Of a DNA stretch of 64,000 nucleotides, positions 21,370 to 30,168 are shown in pieces. The stretch covers positions 73,045 through 137,044 of the forward strand of contig CATQHX010000078.1 of assembly GCA_958296065.1 (NCBI GenBank), written 5' to 3'. Position numbers and translations under genes: made by a program. The stretch is from Vicinamibacterales bacterium (lineage in GTDB: Bacteria; Acidobacteriota; Vicinamibacteria; Vicinamibacterales; UBA8438). Numbering within the stretch: the first letter of the stretch is position 1; the number at the start of each line of letters is the position of its first letter. The notes beneath the pieces were generated by a model, which did no database searches, was not told the origin of the DNA, and saw only the letters and a list, made by a program, of their open reading frames with translations.

Positions 21370-22590
21370 TCAGCCGCGGAGGAAGGCGTCGGTTTCCTCG
21401 ATGACGCGATCCTGCATCGCGGGCGTCAGTTCCGGGTAGATCGGTAGCGCGAGCGACCGTGAGGCGGCATCCTCACTGTTCGGAAACGCGCCCGCCGGGT
21501 GAGCGAGGTGGTGGAAGCACGGCTGCCGGTGAAGCGGCACGGGGTAGTAGATCATCGTATCGATGCGCCGCGCCGCGAGGTGTTGGCGCAGAGCGTCCCG
21601 CCGGTCCGCGACACGGATGACGTACTGGTGGTACGTATGGAGGTCTCGTCCCCAGGCGGGCGCGGGCAGCTCTACGCCGGGGATCGCCAAGTGCTCATCG
21701 TAGTACGCGGCGCGCTCGCGGCGCCGCGCGTGCCAGCCGTCCAGATGCTGCAGTTTCGCAGCGAGTATCGCCGCCTGCAGCGTGTCGAGACGGAAGTTGC
21801 CGCCCACCTCGGGATGCCGGTAGGCGGCGTGCCCGCCGTGGTTGCGTAGCCGGCGCACGCGTTCCGCCGCCTCGGGATCACCGGTGACCACCAAGCCCGC
21901 ATCCCCCATGGCCCCCAGGTTCTTGGTGGGATAGAAGGAGAAGCAGGCAAGCGTGCCCATCGTGCCGGCCCGTCGGTCGCCGTGGCTGCCCCCACGGCCT
22001 GCTCGACTGCCGCTGGTGCCGCCGCGGATGCTGCCGCCCGCGCCGCCGCTGCTCCCGTTGGCGCCGCCACCGGGATAGCGTGCGCCCAGCGCCTGCGCCG
22101 CGTCCTCGACCACCGGGATCCCGTGCGACGCGGCCAGCTCCAGCATGGGGGACATGTCCGCGCACTGTCCGAACAGGTGCACCGGCACGATTGCCTTGAC
22201 CCGCGACCGACGCTCCGGTTCGCGCTCGAACCAGTCGGCCAGGCGCGCGGGGTCGATGTTGAACGTCCGCGGATCGATGTCGACGAAGACCGGGATCGCA
22301 CCGAGCCGGGCCACCGCGCCGGCAGTGGCGAAGAACGAGTAGGGCGTCGTGACGACGAGATCGCCGGGACCGACGTCCAGAACCATCAGCGAGACGAGCA
22401 GCGCATCCGTGCCGGAGGAAACGCCGATCGCGTGGTCGACGCCGATATAGTCGGCCATCGCCCGCTCGAAGGACTCGAGCACCGGTCCGCCGACGTAGCG
22501 GCCGGAAGCGACGACGTCGAGCACCGCCCGCTCGATTTCCGGCCGCGTGGTCTCGAGCTGGGCGGCCAGGTCGAGAAACGGGACACGCAC
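21370..22590 (-). CDS. DegT/DnrJ/EryC1/StrS PLP-dependent aminotransferase
   Basis: VPFLDL, SGTDAL, VHLFGQ, EDAAQA, SFYPTKNLG (PLP Lys). Confidence 0.92.
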   Translation of the reverse strand: MRVPFLDLAAQLETTRPEIERAVLDVVASGRYVGGPVLESFERAMADYIGVDHAIGVSSGTDALLVSLMVLDVGPGDLVVTTPYSFFATAGAVARLGAIPVFVDIDPRTFNIDPARLADWFEREPERRSRVKAIVPVHLFGQCADMSPMLELAASHGIPVVEDAAQALGARYPGGGANGSSGGAGGSIRGGTSGSRAGRGGSHGDRRAGTMGTLACFSFYPTKNLGAMGDAGLVVTGDPEAAERVRRLRNHGGHAAYRHPEVGGNFRLDTLQAAILAAKLQHLDGWHARRRERAAYYDEHLAIPGVELPAPAWGRDLHTYHQYVIRVADRRDALRQHLAARRIDTMIYYPVPLHRQPCFHHLAHPAGAFPNSEDAASRSLALPIYPELTPAMQDRVIEETDAFLRG

Positions 22591-22592
22591 TA

Positions 22593-23075
22593 TCAGAGGT
22601 CCACGTCGAGCTGCCTCGCCATCGGGATGAAGGCGATGCCGTTGACCGCGCGCTCGGGTCCGGTCTGGCGGAAACCGAGCCGCTCGTAGGCCGGCACGCC
22701 GTAACGCGACGAGTTGACCGTGACCCGCTCGAGGTCCGGGTCCGCGGCGCGGGCGTCCGCGAGCGCCGCGTGCAGCAGCCCCTTGGCGATACCGTGCTGC
22801 TGGTGCGCCTTGTCGACGAAGAGGAGCGCGACGTGGTTGTTCTGCCGGATCTCGATCATGCCGGCCAGCACGCCGTCGACGGTCGCCACGCGAACGAAAT
22901 GGTCCTCGGCGGTACGCGCCTCGAGCGCCTCGGGCGCGACGAACCTGCGGAACTCCGCATTGCCTTCGTCGGTCAGCTCCGGACCGATGAACTCGTCGAA
23001 CGACGAGAGGACCAGCGCCGAGACGGCGCCGGCTTCGCCGGGCTGCATGACTCGATAACACACAGCGTCGCTCAC
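22593..23075 (-). CDS. GNAT N-acetyltransferase
   Basis: LFVDKAHQQHGIA motif A; VNSSRYGVPAYERLGF. Confidence 0.88.
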   Translation of the reverse strand: MSDAVCYRVMQPGEAGAVSALVLSSFDEFIGPELTDEGNAEFRRFVAPEALEARTAEDHFVRVATVDGVLAGMIEIRQNNHVALLFVDKAHQQHGIAKGLLHAALADARAADPDLERVTVNSSRYGVPAYERLGFRQTGPERAVNGIAFIPMARQLDVDL

Positions 23076-23141
23076 GTCTGACCTCGCGGTTTGCCGCGTG
23101 CCCCGCCCGCCGTCGCGGGGCGGCGCGACAGGGGAAAGCTC

Positions 23142-23594
23142 CTAGCGGGACAGGCTCTTGATGTAGTTGACGAGGTTCCAGATGTCCTCGTCGCGAAGCT
23201 GGTTGCCATAGCCCTGCATGTCGGCGGTCACGCCTTCCTTGATCACCGTGAATATCTCGCCGTCGCTCGCGCCGTGCGTCCAGACGTCGTCGGTAAAGTC
23301 GGACGGGATGCCGCCCGCGTGCGACATGTCGCCGTCTCCCGCGCCCCGATTGCCGTGACACTGCCGGCACAGGAAGACGTAGCGCTGCCGGCCGGCGACC
23401 AGCGACTCGCGGGTCGGCTCGACCGGGTTCTCCAGCGCCTGCGCATCGGCGTGCTGGTGAGGCTCCGCGGGATGCTCCTGCGCGGTTGCCGCGGCGGCAG
23501 AGACCTGGACTGCGACAGCCAGCGCGAAGCCGGCCGCAGCCGCCGCTGCGATGAGGCGCCCCCTCCAGCGATGAACGGCCAGTACGAAGTTCAT
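23142..23594 (-). CDS. Exported monoheme c-type cytochrome
   Basis: Signal peptide, CRQCHG heme motif, DMQGY, IWNLVNYIKSL; GAGG just before the ATG at 23594. Confidence 0.88.
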   Translation of the reverse strand: MNFVLAVHRWRGRLIAAAAAAGFALAVAVQVSAAAATAQEHPAEPHQHADAQALENPVEPTRESLVAGRQRYVFLCRQCHGNRGAGDGDMSHAGGIPSDFTDDVWTHGASDGEIFTVIKEGVTADMQGYGNQLRDEDIWNLVNYIKSLSR

Positions 23595-23598
23595 ATCC

Positions 23599-24114
23599 TC
23601 ATTCCTGCGGCGCATCGAAGTTCTCCCACATGTACTCGGGAAAGTAGGTGTGCAGATGCATGAAGACCTCGTGAACGAGGTTCACCGCCCGGTTCACGCC
23701 GTAGCCGTGATGATGCTCGCGCGCCACCACCTCTAGCGACAGGGCGGCCCGACGAACGAAGCAGCGCACCTCGGCGCGCTCCGGATCGACACGCCGATGC
23801 GCCGGCAGGTCGGCGGAGGCACGGCCCCGGACGAACCGGCGCAATGCACCCGCCAGCGACGACCGCGCCGGCACGTTCGGGAGCAGATCCCGAAACGCCA
23901 GTGTGCCGGACGCGGGATCGTAGCGCAGCGTGAACGGCGACGGCGCCAGCCAGCGGAACGTGAACTCGTACCGCCCGCGCCGGCCCGGCCCTTCGGCCAG
24001 CCCCCGAAAGACGCCCCGCTCGGCATACTCCTGCAATCGAGCCCGCACCTCGGTCAAGCCGTCGTGCAGCGGCCCGCGCCCCTCCGTCCGAACGTCCCGG
24101 CCTTCCTCCACCAA
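23599..24114 (-). CDS. Hypothetical protein, no signal peptide
   Basis: 171-aa ORF that exactly fills the gap between the ThDP enzyme stop and the cytochrome c; protein-like composition. Confidence 0.7.
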   Translation of the reverse strand: MVEEGRDVRTEGRGPLHDGLTEVRARLQEYAERGVFRGLAEGPGRRGRYEFTFRWLAPSPFTLRYDPASGTLAFRDLLPNVPARSSLAGALRRFVRGRASADLPAHRRVDPERAEVRCFVRRAALSLEVVAREHHHGYGVNRAVNLVHEVFMHLHTYFPEYMWENFDAPQE

Positions 24115-26067
24115 CTAATGGTAGTAGGACATCACGCCCGGCTCGATCTTGCCGAGGAACCCGGGCGGATACTGGTCGCGCAGCCAGAACTCCTTCTTGG
24201 CCTGCACGTTGACAACGCTGGGACGGCTCTCGTCGAGCGCCACCTGGTAGGCCCGCTCCAGCGCCGGCCGCATTTCGTCGGGCCGCGTGACGTACTCGCC
24301 GTGCGCCCCGAGCGCCTCACCGAGCTTGTCGTAGCGCAGATTCTCCTGGAACAGGTGCACCGGGAGCCCGAGGGTGTTGTTGCGCTGGCCGGTCCACGTG
24401 CCCCACGCGTTGTTGTTGTAGACGACGATCACGGCCGGGAAGCGGTACTTGGACAGCGTCTCGACTTCCATCGCGGTATAGCCGAAGCCGCCGTCTCCCG
24501 TAATGCCAATCACCGGATGGCCCTCGAACCCGGCCTGCGCCCCGACGCCGTGCCGGACCGCCGCCGCTACGCCTACCGTGTAGCCGATGTCCGGACCGAT
24601 CGCCCCGTACTGGTACGCGCCGTTGATGATCTGCGCCGGCCGGTGCGCGCGGAGGTAGCGCCGCGTGTAGCGGGCGATGCCATAGCCGCCCTGCAGGATC
24701 GTGGTGCGATCCGCCGGCAGGTCGCCGTGGTGCAGGAAGTCGGCGAGTTCCTTGCCGATGACCGCCGGATGCACCGCGTCGGTATAGCCCAGACCAGTTC
24801 GGTAGTACTCCTCGTTCTCCGCCTCGAACGCCTCCCGCGCCGCGGCCACCTCGGCCACCCACGCCTCGCGCCGCTGGCGTGGCATGGCGTCGGCCAACGC
24901 CTCGAGCGCGGCCCGTTCATCGCTGACGATGCCGACGTCGATCGGCAGGTTGCGCCCGATGTCTTCCGCGCCTGGATCGATGCGGATGTAGCGCGCGTCG
25001 GGGCCGAAAGCGAACTCCCCGAGCGTCGGCATGCAGTACTGGCCGACGAGCAGGACGACGTCCGCGCTCATCATCGCCATCGGCGCCGCGTCGGCCGACA
25101 GCTCGTGCTCGGCCGGGAACTGGCCCTTCATGGCGCCGGACTCGACCACCGGAATGTGCGCGCGCTCGGCCAGCTTTCGAAGCGCATCCCACGCCTTGCT
25201 GTAGAGGACGCCGTTGCTGGACACGATGACCGGCCGCTCGGCGCTCCGCAGCAGTTGGACCGCCTCGTCCACGGCCCGCGGATCGGGATGGGGTCTGGCG
25301 TCGGTGCGGTACTTGGTCTTGTCGTAGAAGTACTCGACGTCGATCGGATCGGTGAACCGGGCGCGGGCGATCTCGGCCGGGAAGTCGAGGTGCACCGGCT
25401 TCGGCACGCCGCTCTTGAGCTGCCGGAACGCGTAGCCGGCGTACTCCCAGGTACGGGCGGGAGTGATGAGCCGCTTGCCGTACTTCTTGATGCCCTCGGT
25501 CAGCGGCTGTTGCCGCTGATCCTGGATGCCCTGCTCGGTGTCCTCGGCGAAGATGGTCTTGTTGCTGGCAAGAACGAGGATCGGCGAGCGGGCCGAGTTG
25601 GCGGCCGAGATGGCCCCGATCATGTCGGTGAAGCCGGGCCCCTCGGTCCCCGAGGTCGCCGCCACCTCGCCGGTCGCGCGGCAGAAGGCGTCTGCCGCGT
25701 GGCAGAGCGAGCCCTCGTGGCGTCCCGAGTAGGTCGGAATACCCATGTCGCCGATGGCGTGCACGACGTCGTAGTTGCCCGGGCAGCAGAACAGCGCCTT
25801 GACGCCCTCTTCCTTGCAGGCGCGCGCGAACACCTGTGCGCCGGACATCGGGAAGTCGATTTCCGGCAGCGGGGCCGCCTTGGCCTTCTCGAACTCGCTG
25901 GGGATGGTGATCGGCTTGACATCGTCCTCGGCGGCGCGAGCGGCTCCGCCGCCGCCGAGCGCGGCCGCCGTAGCCCCGGCTCCACCCAGAACCGCCTGGC
26001 GCATGAACGCGCGCCGTGACTCCGCCGTGCCGCCGGATCGCTTCGCGCTCCGCGTCTTCGTCTTCAT
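24115..26067 (-). CDS. ThDP-dependent enzyme (OXC/HACL/ALS family) with twin-arginine signal peptide
   Basis: GGAGG SD; SRRAFMR...AARA signal; RHE catalytic Glu; GDGGFG-x-NNN ThDP motif. Confidence 0.88.
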   Translation of the reverse strand: MKTKTRSAKRSGGTAESRRAFMRQAVLGGAGATAAALGGGGAARAAEDDVKPITIPSEFEKAKAAPLPEIDFPMSGAQVFARACKEEGVKALFCCPGNYDVVHAIGDMGIPTYSGRHEGSLCHAADAFCRATGEVAATSGTEGPGFTDMIGAISAANSARSPILVLASNKTIFAEDTEQGIQDQRQQPLTEGIKKYGKRLITPARTWEYAGYAFRQLKSGVPKPVHLDFPAEIARARFTDPIDVEYFYDKTKYRTDARPHPDPRAVDEAVQLLRSAERPVIVSSNGVLYSKAWDALRKLAERAHIPVVESGAMKGQFPAEHELSADAAPMAMMSADVVLLVGQYCMPTLGEFAFGPDARYIRIDPGAEDIGRNLPIDVGIVSDERAALEALADAMPRQRREAWVAEVAAAREAFEAENEEYYRTGLGYTDAVHPAVIGKELADFLHHGDLPADRTTILQGGYGIARYTRRYLRAHRPAQIINGAYQYGAIGPDIGYTVGVAAAVRHGVGAQAGFEGHPVIGITGDGGFGYTAMEVETLSKYRFPAVIVVYNNNAWGTWTGQRNNTLGLPVHLFQENLRYDKLGEALGAHGEYVTRPDEMRPALERAYQVALDESRPSVVNVQAKKEFWLRDQYPPGFLGKIEPGVMSYYH

Positions 26068-26164
26068 GAGATCCTCCACACGCCTGGACGCCGCCGGGCT
26101 CCCGCCGTTCTCGCGATGAATGCCGCAGTGCGCCGCGTGGTGACCGCACCACTGCGCGCACGGC

Positions 26165-26193
26165 ATCCTAATCGCGCGTCCCCAAGGTGTCAA
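26165..26193 (-). promoter_or_regulatory. Near-consensus sigma70 promoter of the ThDP-enzyme operon
   Basis: TTGACA-17 bp-TAGGAT. Confidence 0.7.
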
Positions 26194-26261
26194 CGCGATG
26201 CCGACACAGTTGCGCCGGGCGGGACGGGGCCGTGCAACCGCCGCGGTGCGACCACGGCAGA

Positions 26262-27095
26262 CTACTCGGCGGAGACGAGCAGGACCCGCGCGTCCCGCGC
26301 ACACCGCGCGCCGACGTTGCTCGTGTGCCCGTCGGCGGAGAAGGGCAGCCTGACCGAGAGCCGCAAGACGCCCGGAAAGTTGAGCCACGACGCGCCGCGC
26401 ATGATGCGCAGGTAGCCCGTCTCCGCCGGCTGCGGATCGGTGAGCGGCCCGTCCGGATAGCGGATCGTGATCCAGCCGTTCACCCACTCCCAGACGTTGC
26501 CGGTCATGTCGTGGAGTCCGAAATCGTTCGGCGGAAACGAACCGACCGGCGCCGTGTTCAGCCAGTCGTCGACCCCGCCGGTGGCGCCGCTGCAGCACTG
26601 CGGGGCTCCGAAGTTGGAGTAATCGCGCGTCAGCTCGTCGCCCCACCAGTAGAGGCGCCCGTCATGCCCGGCCCGCGCCGCGTACTCCCACTCCCACTCG
26701 GTGGGCAGGCGCCCGCCGGCCCAGGCGCAGAAGGCCGCGGCATCGTGCCAGGTCATGTGAACAGCCGGGTGATCGGGCGCCTGCGGGTAGTCTGGGACCG
26801 CCGGCCGTGCGTAGCCGGTCGCCGCCACGAACGCGGCGTACTGACCGACGGTCACCTCCGTCGCCATCAGGTCGAACGTCGACAGCGTCACCTCGTGACG
26901 CGGGCGTTCGCTGTCGAGGCACGCGGCATCGCCCGGTACACAGCCCATCCGAAAGGCACCGGCGGGAATCGTCACCCACGGCAGCGCAATCCCCTGCGCC
27001 GCACCCGGGAGGGCACTCACGCCAATTCCGAGCGCGACCGCGGCCGCGGCGCATGCTCGCCGCCACGAGGCAGATAGGCGCATCCCAGCGTTCAC
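26262..27095 (-). CDS. Exported FGE-sulfatase/SUMF1-fold protein
   Basis: Signal peptide; [43 protein letters not shown]. Confidence 0.88.
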   Translation of the reverse strand: MNAGMRLSASWRRACAAAAVALGIGVSALPGAAQGIALPWVTIPAGAFRMGCVPGDAACLDSERPRHEVTLSTFDLMATEVTVGQYAAFVAATGYARPAVPDYPQAPDHPAVHMTWHDAAAFCAWAGGRLPTEWEWEYAARAGHDGRLYWWGDELTRDYSNFGAPQCCSGATGGVDDWLNTAPVGSFPPNDFGLHDMTGNVWEWVNGWITIRYPDGPLTDPQPAETGYLRIMRGASWLNFPGVLRLSVRLPFSADGHTSNVGARCARDARVLLVSAE

Positions 27096-27568
27096 CCCTT
27101 GACCGCGATCCCTGCCACCTCGAAACGCGCCCCGAACAGCAGGGTGCCGGAGCCCAGGAACGCGCGGGCCGGCGGAGCCTCGTTGAAGTATTCGCGGTAC
27201 ACGCTGTTGAACGCGCCGTACAGCGAGACGTCCGAGCAGAAGACCTTCACGCTGACCAGGTCGTCCATCGTCATGTCGGCCTCGGCCAGCACGGCCTGGA
27301 TGCCGTTCATGACGTTGCGCGCCTCCTGCTCGGCGGTCGCCGGCGGCCGGCCGGTCTCCGGGTCCATGCCGAGACGACCCGCGACGTACAGCGTGTCGCC
27401 GGCCAGCACAGCATCGCTGAACGGCGCGGTCGTCGTGCGGCCCGGCAGGTTGATGGCACGGGGCGAGGAATCCTGCGTGGCGTTCAGCGCGGCCACCACG
27501 CCAGAGACGAGCACGCCGATGACGATGCCTGCGACGAAGACGAAACCGTTTCCACGAGCCCTCATCAT
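27092..27568 (-). CDS. RidA/YjgF family protein with N-terminal signal/TM
   Basis: APFSDAV, LYVAG, FNSVYREYF, PPAR (catalytic Arg), RFEV. Confidence 0.88.
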   Translation of the reverse strand: MMRARGNGFVFVAGIVIGVLVSGVVAALNATQDSSPRAINLPGRTTTAPFSDAVLAGDTLYVAGRLGMDPETGRPPATAEQEARNVMNGIQAVLAEADMTMDDLVSVKVFCSDVSLYGAFNSVYREYFNEAPPARAFLGSGTLLFGARFEVAGIAVKG

Positions 27569-27713
27569 GTCCTCCTGGTCGAAACGTGCAACGCGCTCCG
27601 CGTAGGCCGATGCAAGGCCTTCATCCGTGCGCGTCCACTCGCCGGCCGCGGGCCGGCGCCACGGGTTTCCGCCTGCCGATCGAATGCTGCCGGCGCACGG
27701 CGCGGTCCGGCCC

Positions 27714-28694
27714 TCATGCGCCGGTCAGGAACACTGTCGAGCCGGTGGTCCTCCGGCCCTCCAGGTCGCGATGCGCCTGCGCCGCGTCCTTGAGAGCGTA
27801 CGTCTGGTTGACCTCGATACGCACCGCTCCGCTCCCGACGACATCGAACAGCTCCGCCGTCGTCTCCTCGAGCTCCTGCCGCGTCGCGGTATAGGTCGCC
27901 AGGGTCGGACGCGTCAGGAACAGGGAACCTTTCTGGGCCAGGATCGCCGGCTTGAACGGGTCGACGGCGCCCGACGCGTTGCCGAAGCTCACCATCAGCC
28001 CGCGCGGCTGCAGGCAGCGCAGCGAGTCGTCGAACGTGTCCTTGCCGACCGAGTCGTAGACCACAGGGACGCCCTTGCCGCCGGTCAGCTCCTTCACGCG
28101 GTCGACGAAGCTCTCCTCGGTATAGACAATCGGATGGTCGCAGCCGTGGGCCTTCGCCAGCTCCGCCTTCTCGCGGGTGCCGACGGTGCCGATGACCGTG
28201 GCGCCGAGGTGCTTCAGCCACTGGCAGGCGATCAGGCCGCACCCGCCCGCCGCGGCGTGGAAGAGCACCGTTTCGCCCGGCTGCACGGCATGGGTGCGCC
28301 GGACGAGGTACTGCACCGTACAGCCCTTCAGCATGACCGCAGCCGCCTGCTCGTCACCGATCCCGCCCGGGATCTTCACAAGCAGCTTCGACGCGATGAT
28401 CCGGCGCTGCGCGTAGCTGCCGAGGCTCATGCAGTAGGCGACCCGGTCGCCGACCGCCACCTCGGTCACTCCTTCGCCGACGGCTTCCACCACGCCGGCC
28501 CCCTCGTTGCCGATGGTCAGCGGGAACGACGGCGCCGGGTACAGGCCGGTCCGGAAGTAGACGTCGATGAAGTTGAGCCCGGCCACGGTCTGCCGGACGA
28601 CAGCCTCTCCCGGCCCCGGATCGGGAACGTCGACCGCCTCCCAGCGCAGGACTTCGGGACCGCCGTTTTCGTGAATGCGAATCGCGTGTGTCAT
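27714..28694 (-). CDS. qor: NADPH:quinone oxidoreductase (zeta-crystallin family)
   Basis: GLNFIDVYFRTG, HAAAGGCG, YDSVGKDTF, FGNASG, GSLFLTRP motifs. Confidence 0.92.
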   Translation of the reverse strand: MTHAIRIHENGGPEVLRWEAVDVPDPGPGEAVVRQTVAGLNFIDVYFRTGLYPAPSFPLTIGNEGAGVVEAVGEGVTEVAVGDRVAYCMSLGSYAQRRIIASKLLVKIPGGIGDEQAAAVMLKGCTVQYLVRRTHAVQPGETVLFHAAAGGCGLIACQWLKHLGATVIGTVGTREKAELAKAHGCDHPIVYTEESFVDRVKELTGGKGVPVVYDSVGKDTFDDSLRCLQPRGLMVSFGNASGAVDPFKPAILAQKGSLFLTRPTLATYTATRQELEETTAELFDVVGSGAVRIEVNQTYALKDAAQAHRDLEGRRTTGSTVFLTGA

Positions 28695-28819
28695 CGATCG
28701 CTCCGGGCTGGATGAACGTTCTCGGTGAGTTGCAGGGCGATCTTAGCAGCCGGACGGCATCGGAACCGACCGGGGGGCCGGCCGACGCCCGACCGCCGTT
28801 GCGGTACCATAGCCCGCAG

Positions 28820-30130
28820 ATGGCCACGACCACCGGCGCCTTCGACGCGCACCACCCACCGTCGTCCGATCTGCTCGCCGACTGCGTGCACTGCGGCTTC
28901 TGCCTGCCGCCGTGCCCGACCTACGCGCTGTGGAACCGCGAGACCGACTCGCCCCGCGGGCGAATCCACCTGATGAAGGTGGCGCTGGAGGGCAAGGCGG
29001 AGATAACGCCGGAGTTTGCGCGGCATTTCGACACCTGCCTCGGCTGCATGGCCTGCCTGACCGCGTGTCCGTCCGGGGTGCAGTACGACAAGCTGGTGGA
29101 AGCCGCCCGGCCGCAGATCGAGCGGCACGTCGAGCGACCGGCGGGCGATCGCCTGTTCCGGCGGTTGGTCTTCTCGCTCTTTCCCTACCCCGGCCGGCTC
29201 CGCTGGGTGGCGCTGAAGCTGTGGGCCTACCAGCGGCTGGGAATCCGGTGGCTGGTGCGCGCGAGCGGACTGCTGAACCTGCTCCCCGCGCGGCTGCGCG
29301 CCCTGGAGGCGGTGGCCCCGCCCATCACGTTCGACGGCATCTGGTCCTCGATGCCCGCCGTCATCCCCGCGCAGGGTGAGCGGCGGCGGCGCGTGGCCAT
29401 GCTGCTCGGTTGCGTGCAAAGGGTCTTCTTCAGCGACGTGAACGCCGCCACGGCTCGCGTGCTCGCGGCCGAGGGCTGCGACGTGGTGATCCCGCCGGCG
29501 CAGGGGTGCTGCGGCGCCCTGATGATGCACTCCGGCCTGGAGAGCGAAGCGGAAGCGATGGCGCGGCGCTTCATCGACGCTTTCGAGCCGGCGCTGGCCG
29601 ACGTCGACGCCATCGTGATCAACGCCGCCGGTTGCGGGTCGACGCTGAAGGAGTACGGGCATCTGCTGCGAGACGACCCGAAGTACGCGGCACGTGCGGC
29701 GGCGCTGGCCGCCAGATGCCGCGACATCTCGGAAGTGCTGGCCGAGCTCGAACCGCGGGCTCCGCGACACCCCCTGAAGATGCGCGTGGCCTACCACGAC
29801 GCCTGTCACCTGCAGCATGCGCAGGGGGTGAGCATGGAGCCCCGCCAGGTGCTGGCCGCGATACCGGATCTCGATGTGTGCGACGTGCCGGAGGGCGGGC
29901 TCTGCTGCGGGTCGGCGGGCATCTACAACCTGGTGGAACCGGAGGCCGCGGGCGAGCTGGGGCAGCGCAAGGCGAGGAACGTCCTGTCGACCGGGGCGGA
30001 CGCCATCGTGTCGTCGAATCCGGGGTGCCTGTTGCAACTCGGCAGCGCGCTCGAGCGCGAGGGACGACCGTTGCCGGCCATGCACCTTGTCGCGCTGGTC
30101 GACGCTTCGATCCGGGGCCGCCAGCCGTAG
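28820..30130 (+). CDS. glcF: Glycolate oxidase Fe-S subunit
   Basis: CVHCGFCLPPCP and CLGCMACLTACP; two CCG domains. Confidence 0.9.
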   Translation: MATTTGAFDAHHPPSSDLLADCVHCGFCLPPCPTYALWNRETDSPRGRIHLMKVALEGKAEITPEFARHFDTCLGCMACLTACPSGVQYDKLVEAARPQIERHVERPAGDRLFRRLVFSLFPYPGRLRWVALKLWAYQRLGIRWLVRASGLLNLLPARLRALEAVAPPITFDGIWSSMPAVIPAQGERRRRVAMLLGCVQRVFFSDVNAATARVLAAEGCDVVIPPAQGCCGALMMHSGLESEAEAMARRFIDAFEPALADVDAIVINAAGCGSTLKEYGHLLRDDPKYAARAAALAARCRDISEVLAELEPRAPRHPLKMRVAYHDACHLQHAQGVSMEPRQVLAAIPDLDVCDVPEGGLCCGSAGIYNLVEPEAAGELGQRKARNVLSTGADAIVSSNPGCLLQLGSALEREGRPLPAMHLVALVDASIRGRQP

Positions 30131-30168
30131 CTGCGGGAGCCAACTCCGCCCGCCGCCCGCCACCGCTG

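Noticed and set aside
26068-26260. TPP riboswitch upstream of the ThDP enzyme
   Set aside because: The conserved CTGAGA and CCTGA...AATNCCNGCGNAGGGA elements are absent.
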